Of a stretch of 64,000 nt of DNA, positions 33,307-49,199 are shown in pieces (the stretch's first letter is position 1; every line of letters begins with the position of its first letter). Under the pieces are notes generated by a model. It had not been told where the DNA came from and did no database searches. It was given only the letters and a program-made list of their open reading frames with translations. A program made the position numbers and the translations under genes. Source of the stretch: the human T2T-CHM13v2.0 reference genome, Homo sapiens; the NCBI RefSeq assembly GCF_009914755.1, contig NC_060941.1. The stretch is one strand, 5' to 3'.

Positions 33307-34563
33307 TCAGGAGATCGAGACCATCCTGGCTAACACGGTGAAACCCCGTCTCTACTAAAAATACAAAAAAATTAGCCAGGCGTGGTGGCGGGCACCTGTA
33401 GTCCCAGCTAATCGGGAGGCTGAGGCAGGAGAATGAAGTGAACTGGGAGGCGAAGCTTGCAGTGAGCAGAGATCGCGCCACTGCACTCCAGCCTGGGCGA
33501 CAGGGTGAGACTCCATCCCAAAAAGAAGAAAAAAAAAAAAATAGCTGGCATGATGGCACACGCCTGTACTCAGGAGGCTGAGATGAGAGGATTGATTGAT
33601 TCCGGGAGGTCGAGGCTGCAGTGAGCCATAATGGAGCAATTGCACTCCAGCCTGGGTGGCATTGAGACTTTGTCTCAAAAAACAAAACAAAACAAAAACA
33701 TGGGTAGATTTGCTGTGGGGGGAAACTTTGTTATGGCTAGAAGCAGTTTACTTTAGAAAGGACATGCTCTTCCCAGTGCGTCAGAGTCCCCACCACTCTC
33801 TGTTATCCTACATGGCTCTATTAACTCATTAATGTCATCCAACTGGCCCTTAAAGGCACTGTGTTAGCACTCTCTGAGTTACAGAAATATGAATAACTAA
33901 TGATCTTTTTCACTATTCATAAACCAGCATAATTTGGTCAAGCTCTAGTATTCTTCTGCTAAAAATAGAACAAACTCACACTGAATTTCTTTGGTGTCCT
34001 CTGTAATGTGCTCCTTTACCGTCATTCATTCACTTCATTTCTTCATTCAACACAGTTTTACCGGACACATATTTTGTGCCGGAGATCTTGCTGGACACAA
34101 GGAATACAGAGATGGTCAGAACAGAGTCCTATCTTTCCAAGAGATCTCATGCTTCTCTGAGCTGAACTTCTTTATCAGGATTCCTAACCACAGGGTGAAC
34201 TCTGCTCTATTCCACAAACAAAGGTGCATTTATTGGTATCCCTGGTGTCACTTCCCTGCCTGTGATGTCAGTTCTCTCTCTGGACCCATTCCAGATCACA
34301 CCCAGCCTAAAAGGTTACTTGGTGTACAGTGGAAAGTGTGACAGTCCAGGGACAAGCTAGAATTGATGGGTAAACTACCTCCCCACTCTGGGCTTCATTT
34401 CTTCACTGTAAAGCACAGGTTAGTGGGTGGGCTCTGGAGTCAGACAGCCTAGGGCCAAATGACTTTGGGCAAGTCATTTAACCTCTCTGAGCTTTAATTT
34501 CCTCATCTATAAAATAAGGATTGGCCAGGCATTGTGGCTTACACCTGTAATCCTAGCACTTTA

Positions 34564-34827
<264 letters not shown>

Positions 34828-35464
34828 TTAAAAAAATAAATCAATAAAATAAGGATCACAGGATATCTATCTTAGATACCCTGTTGTTCTAAGAATTGAA
34901 TGAAATAATTCATCAGACGGGCTTAGCACAGTGCCTGGCATATAGTAAGTACTTAGTAAACGTTAGTTAAGAATATGACTGTATGACATTTTGCAACTAG
35001 TCTCCCCTCCTCTTGGAGGTGTCCCTAATTGGGTTAACCCCTTTGGGATTGTCCCTCTTCCAAATTCCGGCTGCCCTTCACAGTCAGTCATGTGATCATG
35101 TACTCTTGAGCACTGTTTGGCAGGCCTGAGGGTCGTACCCTTATCTTCCACTGCCTGTGTCAGTGCCGAGCACTTTCTAGCAGGAGCTTAATCAGTGTTT
35201 GTTGAACTCTAGATCTGTGGTCACGAACAAGTCATGGACGCTGCAAAGGCTCCTGCCCTTTCAAGAGCAGCTGAGATGAGGCCAGCCAAGCCCTGGGTGG
35301 AGGGGGCCAAGACCAGCCCAGGGCAGCACAAAGGGGTTGGGTTGTTCTTGAGCTTAGCATCAACTCTGCTTTTGGAGCGTCCAGAATAGGCCCCCCTTCC
35401 CCTGGGCTTGTTGATTCTCTGGAAGGGCGGGTAGAAGTCTTGTTGTTTCCTTCTGCCCCAACAG

Positions 35465-35563
35465 GCCCTCCACGCCCTTCAGGAGGAGCAGGCCAGACTC
35501 AAGATGAGGCTGTGGGACCTGCAGCAGCTGAGAAAGGAGCTCGGGGACTCCCCCAAAGACAAG
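35465..35563 (+). CDS. IFI35: IFI35 exon 2 (ALHALQEEQARLKMRLWDLQQLRKEL..., leucine zipper)
   Basis: 99 nt, GT-AG bounded. Confidence 0.95.
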
Positions 35564-35671
35564 GTAAGGTGGGAGATCTGGTGTTGTTTGGTAAAAACGA
35601 GCTGGCGAGGCCGGGTGCGGTGGCTCACACCTGTAAACCCAGCACTTTGGTAGGCCAAGGGGGCCTGATCA

Positions 35672-36016
<345 letters not shown>

Positions 36017-36332
36017 TTAAAACAAAGAAACACAAAAAAGAGCTGGGGAGTTCTCGGTTTTATTCCTGGCTCTGCTACTTCCTTGCTGTGTGACCTCCAT
36101 TATGTTACTTGAACATCTGTAAAGTAGAGCTACCCACCTCCCAGGACAAATTAAGATGTTGTATGTAAATTGCCCTGTATGGACCAGACCTGCATTCATC
36201 CACTCATTTATCCAGCTTTTCTTTCAGTAAATGTATTTATCTCCGGCACTCAGCATCAATGGAATGGAATCGGAGATGCCTTCCTCCTAGGTGGGAGTGA
36301 GGAACACTCCTACTCCCCTCCCCTACTTCCAG

Positions 36333-36480
36333 GTCCCATTTTCAGTGCCCAAGATCCCCCTGGTATTCCGAGGACACACCCAGCAGGACCCGGAAGTGCC
36401 TAAGTCTTTAGTTTCCAATTTGCGGATCCACTGCCCTCTGCTTGCGGGCTCTGCTCTGATCACCTTTGATGACCCCAAAG
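36333..36480 (+). CDS. IFI35: IFI35 exon 3 (VPFSVPKIPLVFRG...FDDPK)
   Basis: 148 nt, GT-AG bounded. Confidence 0.95.
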
Positions 36481-36552
36481 GTAAGCTCATGGGGAGCCTC
36501 AGGAGGGAGGTGGGGAGGGTTCCCAGTACTGACCCTGTTTCCCACCACCCAG

Positions 36553-36659
36553 TGGCTGAGCAGGTGCTGCAACAAAAGGAGCACACGATCAACATGGAGG
36601 AGTGCCGGCTGCGGGTGCAGGTCCAGCCCTTGGAGCTGCCCATGGTCACCACCATCCAG
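36553..36659 (+). CDS. IFI35: IFI35 exon 4 (VAEQVLQQKEH...TTIQ); alternative donor extends it to 36665 (+VM)
   Basis: 107 nt; tandem donors CAG|gtgatg|gtatga. Confidence 0.93.
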
Positions 36660-36761
36660 GTGATGGTATGACAGAATCCTGGGGCATGCAAAGCATGCCA
36701 TGCACCTGGGCATGGGGAAGTGGAGCTGTGTCTGGGACCACCCCTTGCTGTCTCCCCCTAG

Positions 36762-36948
36762 GTGTCCAGCCAGTTGAGTGGCCGGAGGGTGTTGGTCACT
36801 GGATTTCCTGCCAGCCTCAGGCTGAGTGAGGAGGAGCTGCTGGACAAGCTAGAGATCTTCTTTGGCAAGACTAGGAACGGAGGTGGCGATGTGGACGTTC
36901 GGGAGCTACTGCCAGGGAGTGTCATGCTGGGGTTTGCTAGGGATGGAG
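36762..36948 (+). CDS. IFI35: IFI35 exon 5 ([15 protein letters not shown]...ARDG)
   Basis: 187 nt, GT-AG bounded. Confidence 0.95.
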
Positions 36949-37061
36949 GTGAGGGCTATGCAGGCCTCCTGCAGGGGAGAGGGTATAGGGTGTGCAAGAT
37001 TATGGTGCAGGGAGAGGAGAGGGCTTGATGCTAAAGGCCCACCCCTCCTTGCTCCCCACAG

Positions 37062-37168
37062 TGGCTCAGCGTCTGTGCCAAATCGGCCAGTTCACAGTGC
37101 CACTGGGTGGGCAGCAAGTCCCTCTGAGAGTCTCTCCGTATGTGAATGGGGAGATCCAGAAGGCTGAG
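37062..37168 (+). CDS. IFI35: IFI35 exon 6 (VAQRLCQIG...IQKAE)
   Basis: 107 nt, GT-AG bounded. Confidence 0.95.
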
Positions 37169-37393
37169 GTAAGCAGGAGGGGTGAAGAACAGGGGCTGGG
37201 CTGGGTAACCTGTCTGCCTGCCAGGAACTTGCCCAATGAAGGATCAGAGGCCCCAAACCCCACTGACCTACCTACCCACCATCAGCCTCTCCAGGCCTCC
37301 CGACCTCATACCCCCATGGGGCACTGCCTGCCCTACCCCCAGCCCCCAGCCCTTCTCCCATGAGCCTTTGCCATCTCCTGGCTCCTTTTCCAG

Positions 37394-37585
37394 ATCAGGT
37401 CGCAGCCAGTTCCCCGCTCGGTACTGGTGCTCAACATTCCTGATATCTTGGATGGCCCGGAGCTGCATGACGTCCTGGAGATCCACTTCCAGAAGCCCAC
37501 CCGCGGGGGCGGGGAGGTAGAGGCCCTGACAGTCGTACCCCAAGGACAGCAGGGCCTAGCAGTCTTCACCTCTGAGTCAGGCTAG
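37394..37585 (+). CDS. IFI35: IFI35 exon 7 coding part (IRSQPVPRSVL...TSESG*)
   Basis: 192 nt; TAG 37583-37585. Confidence 0.95.
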   Translation: MRSQPVPRSVLVLNIPDILDGPELHDVLEIHFQKPTRGGGEVEALTVVPQGQQGLAVFTSESG

Positions 37586-37720
37586 GGGCCTCCCCTTCTC
37601 ATCCTCCCCACCCCCCCGCCAAGGTTCTCACACTGGCCTGGGCTTGGGTGCCCATATAGGAGGTCTGTATGTTCACCAACAGTGCGGAGGGGTCACACAT
37701 TGCAAAACACTGCCCAGAAC

Positions 37721-37726
37721 AGTAAA
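37721..37726 (+). terminator. IFI35: IFI35 variant polyadenylation signal AGTAAA
   Basis: Only hexamer-like signal I see between the stop codon and the VAT1 3' end; T-rich sequence follows. Confidence 0.6.
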
Positions 37727-37903
37727 AAGAGCCTGCATGCCATGATGTTTCCTCATTTCACTCATGAAAGGAAACGTGATTTGGGCATGGAAAGAGGCAG
37801 GGGGCAGGAAGCAGCCCAGATCTTCTGCTGGCAGCACTAGCCTTCCAGGAGCTCACCTTCCCTCCACTCTCAGAGGCAACAAGCAGGACCCAGGGTTTGG
37901 CTT

Positions 37904-37909
37904 TTTATT
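37904..37909 (-). terminator. VAT1: VAT1 polyadenylation signal AATAAA
   Basis: TTTATT on the plus strand at the end of a repeat-free 1.45-kb 3'UTR. Confidence 0.8.
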
Positions 37910-39344
37910 GACACAAACACACAAAGGCAGCTGTGGTAATGGGGTGGTGGGGTACACAAAAGCAGAAATCGCACTTCACACATTTAGGCCTCATTTAGAC
38001 AATGAGGAGGCTGAGCCTGTCCCTCCACCTCCCATTGCAATGGTTGGGGCAATAACCCTCCCTAATCCTAGCTCAGTGAGTAGAGGGAGTGACCTCCCTA
38101 CCCAGGAAGTCCCCATTTTGGTTGCAATGGCCCAGGTCCTGACCATCCCACTCTGTACTTCCCTGCTCCATCTCCCCACCCATGTAAACAGAGTTTTGGG
38201 CTGAGTTTGATAAGCTGCCTCTCTGCTTTGAGAAGGCAGTAGGGCCTCCCCTAACTGCAAGGGGAATGTGCTTGGATTTTTACTTTGGTCCCAGTACAAG
38301 AAACAGACAGCACTGCCTTTCAGAGCTCTGGCTAGTAAATGCCACACATATCTGCAAGGCTGAGGAAGCTTCCCCGCCTTTCTCCTCAACCACCATAGAG
38401 ACGGGACATGGCACAGACCACGATGAGGGCACCTGTTTTTGCCCTGCCTCCCCAGGAGGCTTGGGGCTGCCCCACCCAATGGCACATACACAGATTTTTG
38501 GCAGTGTTGTGGGACTGGGGAGGAGAGAAACCCCAGCTCCACCAGAACAAGGAAGGCACTGGGGAGTACAGGGGAGGAGAAGGAGGTGGGAAACAGGATC
38601 CTCCCTCCCCGCCGCCACACACACACAAGCACAGGTTTTCGTTGCTAAGGCACTGAGAACAAATCCAGAGAACTCAGTGAAGGGTGGGGGCTCTGTATCC
38701 TTCCCAGAGTTGTGACCTAGGGGAGTAGGTCTGATTCCCGCCCTGTTGGAAGAGGCAGCCTTGGTTAAGAATGGCAGAAAACCTGGAGATGGAAGAAGCC
38801 CAATTGTGCTTAAGAAGTTGGGGACAGAGGACGAGATTGGGAACTGGTCAAGCCCAGAGGCGGGCACTGGTCAGCCCAGGCTGAAGGGACACTAGGGAGA
38901 GACAGGTACATGCTGGACTCACAGAGATTGGCCCCATATCCTGAGCTGACGTTTCAATTCTTTGGGGAGGTGGCGGGGCAGGGACGGGAGGAAAGATGAG
39001 GCAGAGGTGAAAGCACATGGAACACAACAGGGGGGACTGGCTAACCTTGGCACAAAAGCAGCACAGCAGGCCCGGGGAAAGGGTGGGGGCAGGAAGCAGC
39101 CGGCCTCCCTCTGACCCTCCCTGTCGCCTTGGCAGGGCCCAGACATCCAAATGGTCACTTCCCAACCTCTTCAGAGGTCAGGAAGCGGGGAGGGGCAGGG
39201 GAGAGCGGTCATCACCACAGAGAACTTCGGGGGAGGGAGGGCAGAGCATTATGACAGAGGCTGAAATGCAAGTCTGGTGGCCAACAGAACGTAGCTTCCC
39301 AACTTCTCCCTTCGCTGGTCTCTAGGGTCTCACAGCCACTTGCC

Positions 39345-39428
39345 CTAGTTCTCCTTCTCTGGCCCTGGAACCAGGAGGACCTTGCCCACATTCTTCTTCT
39401 CCTGCATCTGTTTCATGGCATCAGCCAC
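39345..39428 (-). CDS. VAT1: VAT1 exon 6 coding part (VADAMKQMQEKKNVGKVLLVPGPEKEN*)
   Basis: 84 nt; TAG at 39347-39345. Confidence 0.95.
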   Translation of the reverse strand: MADAMKQMQEKKNVGKVLLVPGPEKEN

Positions 39429-39590
39429 CTGGGGAGGAAGGAAAGATGCGGCTCCCAGTGCTATCCAACCCTCATCCAACAAGAGCCAGTGTGATGCAGG
39501 CAGCCCTCCTCTTCCCCAGGAATCTGCCCCTTGGGACCCCAGCCTTCATGAGTCCTACCCAAGCCCTCCCTGCAAAGTCCTCACATTCAC

Positions 39591-41485
<1,895 letters not shown>

Positions 41486-41721
41486 GAATGTAGAATTTAC
41501 TATCACTCATATGAAAAGTTGTGACAGAGAATGAAAAGAGCTGGTACCCAAGAGTCAGCAATCTGAATGCAGCATACAGGACCATTCCTAACCCTGATCG
41601 TCTACAGAGCACCTGAGTCCCTACCCCTTCTTCATTCAAAAGCCCTGGCCTCTATATCCCACCCCTTAGACCCTCCCTCCTGCCCTCACATGCTCTCTCC
41701 ATCCCTGGCCCACTAACTCAC

Positions 41722-41811
41722 CATAGGTGACGACTTTGCCCATGGGTTTCAGGAGGTTGTAGCCCTTGGCAGTATCTGACCCACCCAGAGGGTCCATGAC
41801 AATGTCCACTC
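41722..41811 (-). CDS. VAT1: VAT1 exon 4 (GVDIVMDPLGG...VVTY)
   Basis: 90 nt, GT-AG bounded. Confidence 0.95.
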
Positions 41812-41916
41812 CTGTCATAGAGTAGGGGAACCCAAGAACAACATTAGGATCCACAGATCTGGAGCTCCCCTCCCTGTCCTGTGCCTCCCTACCCCCTCCC
41901 ATATTATGCCCCCCAC

Positions 41917-42087
41917 CTTTAGGGGAAATCTTCTTGATCTCATCCACGTAGTCAGTCGTGTGATAGTCGATGGGATGTGTGACCCCATTCTCCTTCAGTG
42001 CCTCGTGCTTGCTGGCCGAGGCCGTTCCGAACACTGTCACATTCTCCACTGTACGGCACAGCTGCACGGCAGCCATACCCACACCCC
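41917..42087 (-). CDS. VAT1: VAT1 exon 3 (GGVGMAAVQLC...KISPK)
   Basis: 171 nt, GT-AG bounded. Confidence 0.95.
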
Positions 42088-42121
42088 CTGCAGCAAGACA
42101 CCCATAAGCAGGGGATATGGA

Positions 42122-42392
42122 GTTGCCCTGGCCACCAACCACTCCATTCTAGCCTCCCAGGGACTCAGCCTGTCACCTTCATTTTGCCTACGCTCATTTT
42201 AGGGCCGTGTCTAATTTCCATGACTGAGAAGTGGTGGGGAAGGTAGCTAGAGAGGTGGGGGTGTGGGGTGAGGGCACGTTGCTAAGGATAGCACACCAGA
42301 CTAGACCTGGTGCCTGAATGTTACCACGGCAACTACACAGCAGAGGCCTCTGGGAGCCACAGGCCAAGGCAGCCTGGTGTTGCCATGACAAC
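42122..42392. promoter_or_regulatory. Cluster of RFX X-box motifs in VAT1 intron 2
   Basis: GTTGCCCTGGCCAC 42122, GTTGCTAAGGATAG 42278, GTTACCACGGCAAC 42320, GTTGCCATGACAAC 42379. Confidence 0.55.
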
Positions 42393-42472
42393 AACCCAGA
42401 CAGGCTGCAGGGAAGGGGCCTGGAAGGAAATCTGGGTGGGGTAAGGGGTGATAAAGTGAGGGGACCTGTCAC

Positions 42473-42680
42473 CTGCAGCCATGTGTACCAAGACGCTGTG
42501 GCCAGGCTGTAGGTTGCCGAAGTCAAAGAGGACCATGTAGGCTGTAATGTAATTGACGAGCAAGGCAGCAGCTTCCTCAAAGGTCATGGCCTCAGGAATC
42601 AGGAAGGTCTGGACCGAGGGCACAGTCACCTCTTCCTGCCACATCCCTGACCGGTTCAACACCATCACCCGGTCTCCTGC
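42473..42680 (-). CDS. VAT1: VAT1 exon 2 (AGDRVMVL...VHMAA)
   Basis: 208 nt; aag acceptor, gtgaca donor. Confidence 0.95.
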
Positions 42681-44442
42681 CTTGAAGAACAGAAGAGTAT
42701 CATTCAGTCACTCATTCATTCACCCACAGGCTATTTACTGATTTCCCCCTAGGTACAAGGCCACCTTCTTCCAAATGAAGTAGCAGGAGAAGCAGCAATA
42801 GTCATGGTAATAATAATAATAACATCATCATCAACAACAATAACAACTCACCTTTACTGAGTGCTGACTGAGGGCCGAGCCCGATTTCAAGTGCTTTATA
42901 TATAATGCTTAATTAACCCTTACATCAGTTCTTTGAGGCAGATACTATCCTTATCATCTTCTTACAGATCTTACATGTCACTATTGTGTAAGATCCCTGA
43001 ATGCAAGAAGCTTACAGTTAGGGCAGCATGAAGTATTGTGGAAAAGATCAAACTGCTGTGGTTACAAAAGCGGTCTCAACTGTTTACTGACTGTGTGACT
43101 TCGGATGCATAAAAATTACTTAATCTTTTTGAGCTCCACTTTTCCAGCTCCAGTTTTCTTATCTGTCAATTAGGGCAGTTTTTCCAAATGGAAAAAAAAA
43201 ATTTTAGCACAATGTCTGGCACATAATAAGCACTTAATAATGTTAGCTAACAATAATAATAATAATAATATAATAGCAGCAAGGAAGTCACACAACCAAA
43301 AGAAGACGGCACTGTGTGGTCAGGGCCATACCAAAGTGCAGACAAAGTTCTCTGAGCGCTTACAGCAGGGTGTGGTCACCTCGGGAGAAGTGTGTTTGAG
43401 CCAGCACTGGGAGCCCAGAAAACATCTTCACTCAGAGATGGTGCAGGAGGGGCAACAGACAAGAAGGGCTACAGAGGCCTACGCAGCAGTAAAAGGCTTC
43501 CCCCCCACCCCCACGAGAGCCTCTGTGCAGGAGGGAAAGGGGACAAAGATAACAGAACCTTTCTCTCCAGCTTAGCAAGTGGGGTCAAGGGAAGGGCAGG
43601 GAAAAGGAGGGAGCGTCAGGAGAAAAGACTTCTCTGCGCTCTCTGAAGAGCATGAAGAGGGAGGTGTGGGTGCTGTTCTGGGACAATCTGGGTCTGTCTT
43701 GATCCCTGCCAGGAATGATGGGAATTCTGTATATTAACAAGAGTTAGGGTCCATGGGGAAGGGGGATGGGACTGCCACTTACGCCCTTTTTCATGTCCTC
43801 AAGCCCCCACACTCCACTGAATACGAGAACTGAGGGCATGCTGGGGTCTTTCCTTCCAAGTTCTGGCCTGAGATGAGGTCTGGAGAACAAGAACGGAAGC
43901 CCTCCACCCAGGGACTCAGGACTAGCAGATACAGAACAACCCAGGAGAGCTGCGAGGAGTGCATTGGTCATTTAGGGTCATGGCCAGTCCCAGATTTGAC
44001 CCAGAACAAGTCTCACTTACCCTGGCTCATGCTAACCCTCAGGCCATCCAAATCAGGGCCATGACCCCTCCCCAACCCAGACACCAGGAGGGAGGAGGAG
44101 GGAGAGAGAGGGAAGGGCCCTCCCCGCAGAATCCAGGCTCTTACATCAGATTCTTGCCCTGGACAGGATATCCTGTATTTACCAGGCGGAAAGTGTATGG
44201 AGGGGAGGTGAGGTGGGTGGCCTTCAGCAGTAACATGAACTACAACTACCTCCCGAAAATATTCCTCTTAGACGCCTGCTCAAGAGTGGGATCATTTAGA
44301 AGTCAGTTTGAGGGTGGGGCCAGAGCTGAATTCAGAGGAAATCCTTAAGGAGAAGCTGTTTGCATACAGGATGAATCCAACAAACCTGGCTCCAGAATTG
44401 GGCTGGCAGGTCTGCAAGAGGCTGCATCTGTGGGGCCTCTCA

Positions 44443-44934
<492 letters not shown>

Positions 44935-45689
44935 TCAAGGCGCCGCACCTCTCCGTTCCAGTCCAAACCCCTGGCACTGGGGTTTCTGAAGTGGGGGTCC
45001 TCTGCAGGAGGAAGGCAGAGGTGGGTCCCCCCTTCCACTCCCCGCCCCAGGCATTCCCAAGGGCAGCCCCGGGTCGTGGCCCGATGGCTGAGGGCTGAGT
45101 CACAGGAGGAGGAGATACTGCAGTCACGGGAGACACAGAGCCCAAGACAAAGATCGGATGACCCAATCCCGCCTCCCCCACCCCAAAATCAGATCGGCGG
45201 TGTAAGGCTGGTGGCGGTGGGGTAGCAAAGGCTCTCTCTCCTCCGTGATGGGCGTGTCTCGTCTCTTTGGCCTTGCTTTGGGAGGGGCCGCCTCACACCC
45301 CCACAGACCACGGGGCTGCATGTGACCAGGACTCTGGCACGGCCGCTGTGCCCCCGCCCAACCCCGACGACATAGCCCCTCAAGCTCCCTCGGGGAAAGG
45401 GGGCACTAACCGTCACTCATAGTCACAGACCACAATTACCCAGAGAGTGTTTGGTGGGTAGGGGTACAGGTGTGGTTTTAATGGGGGGGGGGGGGTGGGT
45501 GGGGACGGTAGTGTGGTTGTGCGCATGCGCATGGGCACCTTATTGTTTTCCCCCCCACCAGCACAGCTTCTGGGCGGCGGCCACAACTAAAAATGGTTGG
45601 GGAAGGGGCGATAATTTCGTCTCCCCTCCCCACATAAATGCCGCTCTCCAGGAGCCCCCAAACACAAGTTCCTTGGCTACGCTTTCCAC

Positions 45690-46400
45690 GCTCGTGCACC
45701 CAGGTCCGCGCCAGTTTCTCCCGCCCTGCCACACCCCCGGCGCTCGCCCACTCGTGCCCCACTGCCCAGTGGCCTGCGCAGCCCTGCCCTGCCCTACGCA
45801 ACCCGCTCACCTTGCGGTCGCTGACTCCCTCGCCCACTGCGATCACAACACCCGCGCCCTCCATGCCCGGAGTGACAGGCAGCGGCGGGAGACGGTCGTA
45901 CAGCCCCTGCCTAGCCATGAGGTCTGCGAAGTTGAGCCCGCAGGCCCGCAGACGCAGCGTCAGCTGGCCGGGCCCAGGGGCCGGGGGCGCTGCCGGCCGG
46001 CTCTGCAGCTTCACCTTGTCGTAGCCTCCAAAGCCGGTGAGCACTAGGCAGCGCAGCAGTGGCGGCGAGGCGGCGGCGGCGGCGGCCCCTTCGGAGGCCG
46101 CGGGATGCTGGGGGTCGCTCGCTGCCTCGGTTTTCGGAGGCGGCGAAGAGGCGTCTTCCCCGGTCGCTGCCTCGGCTACCTCTCTCTCGTCGGACATGGC
46201 TGGGACTCCCGACGAGAGCGCACAGCTGGATGGAGAGTGCACAGCTGGGGAAGGCGGAACGCGTCGGGAAGAGCCGCGGCTGCGGGATCCAGCGGGAGGG
46301 GCGGGGCGCCGGGCGAGGCGGGGCCTCGCGCTCAGCCTTAAAGGGCCAGGGCCATAGTGGCGCAAGCTGGGAGAGCACGAAAAGGGGCACCAGGAACGTC
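45690..46400 (-). promoter_or_regulatory. VAT1: VAT1 CpG island/promoter with GC boxes and a TATA-like TTTAAG near 46340
   Basis: High CpG density; GGGGCGGGG boxes at ~46297-46323. Confidence 0.75.
45811..46197 (-). CDS. VAT1: VAT1 exon 1 coding part (MSDEREVAEAAT...VSDRK)
   Basis: GCCATG Kozak context; AAG|gtgagc donor; 387 nt. Confidence 0.96.
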
Positions 46401-46473
46401 TGTGCTCTTGGGATCAAGCCGACTGTGATTTATTTATTCATAGTAAACCTTATTCAAATTAAAAACTATTTTA

Positions 46474-49015
<2,542 letters not shown>

Positions 49016-49199
49016 TATTGTCAGACTCTTAATCAAGCCTGACTTTTGGGTTTAGCTCTGGCTCCAGCAGAGCAACTCTGGCGGTTGGTTCTTTCTCTTC
49101 CTTATCTCCTTGTCCCCAAGCATCCACCAGAGGACGCAGCTCCCCCAAAACTTTCCACCCAGTGCTTGGCTGGAGGAACTCAGTCCACGCTTCTCTGCT

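Noticed and set aside
38641-38653. GTTGCTAAGGCAC as another X-box
   Set aside because: Only a half-site match; better explained as the miR-124 8-mer on the VAT1 strand
37991-38867. 213-aa and 195-aa minus-strand ORFs in the VAT1 3'UTR
   Set aside because: No recognisable domain, downstream of the VAT1 stop, and composition typical of GC-rich UTR
46198-46365. 56-codon N-terminal extension of VAT1 in the ORF track
   Set aside because: Starts at TTG upstream of the TATA-like/GC-box region, so probably outside the transcript
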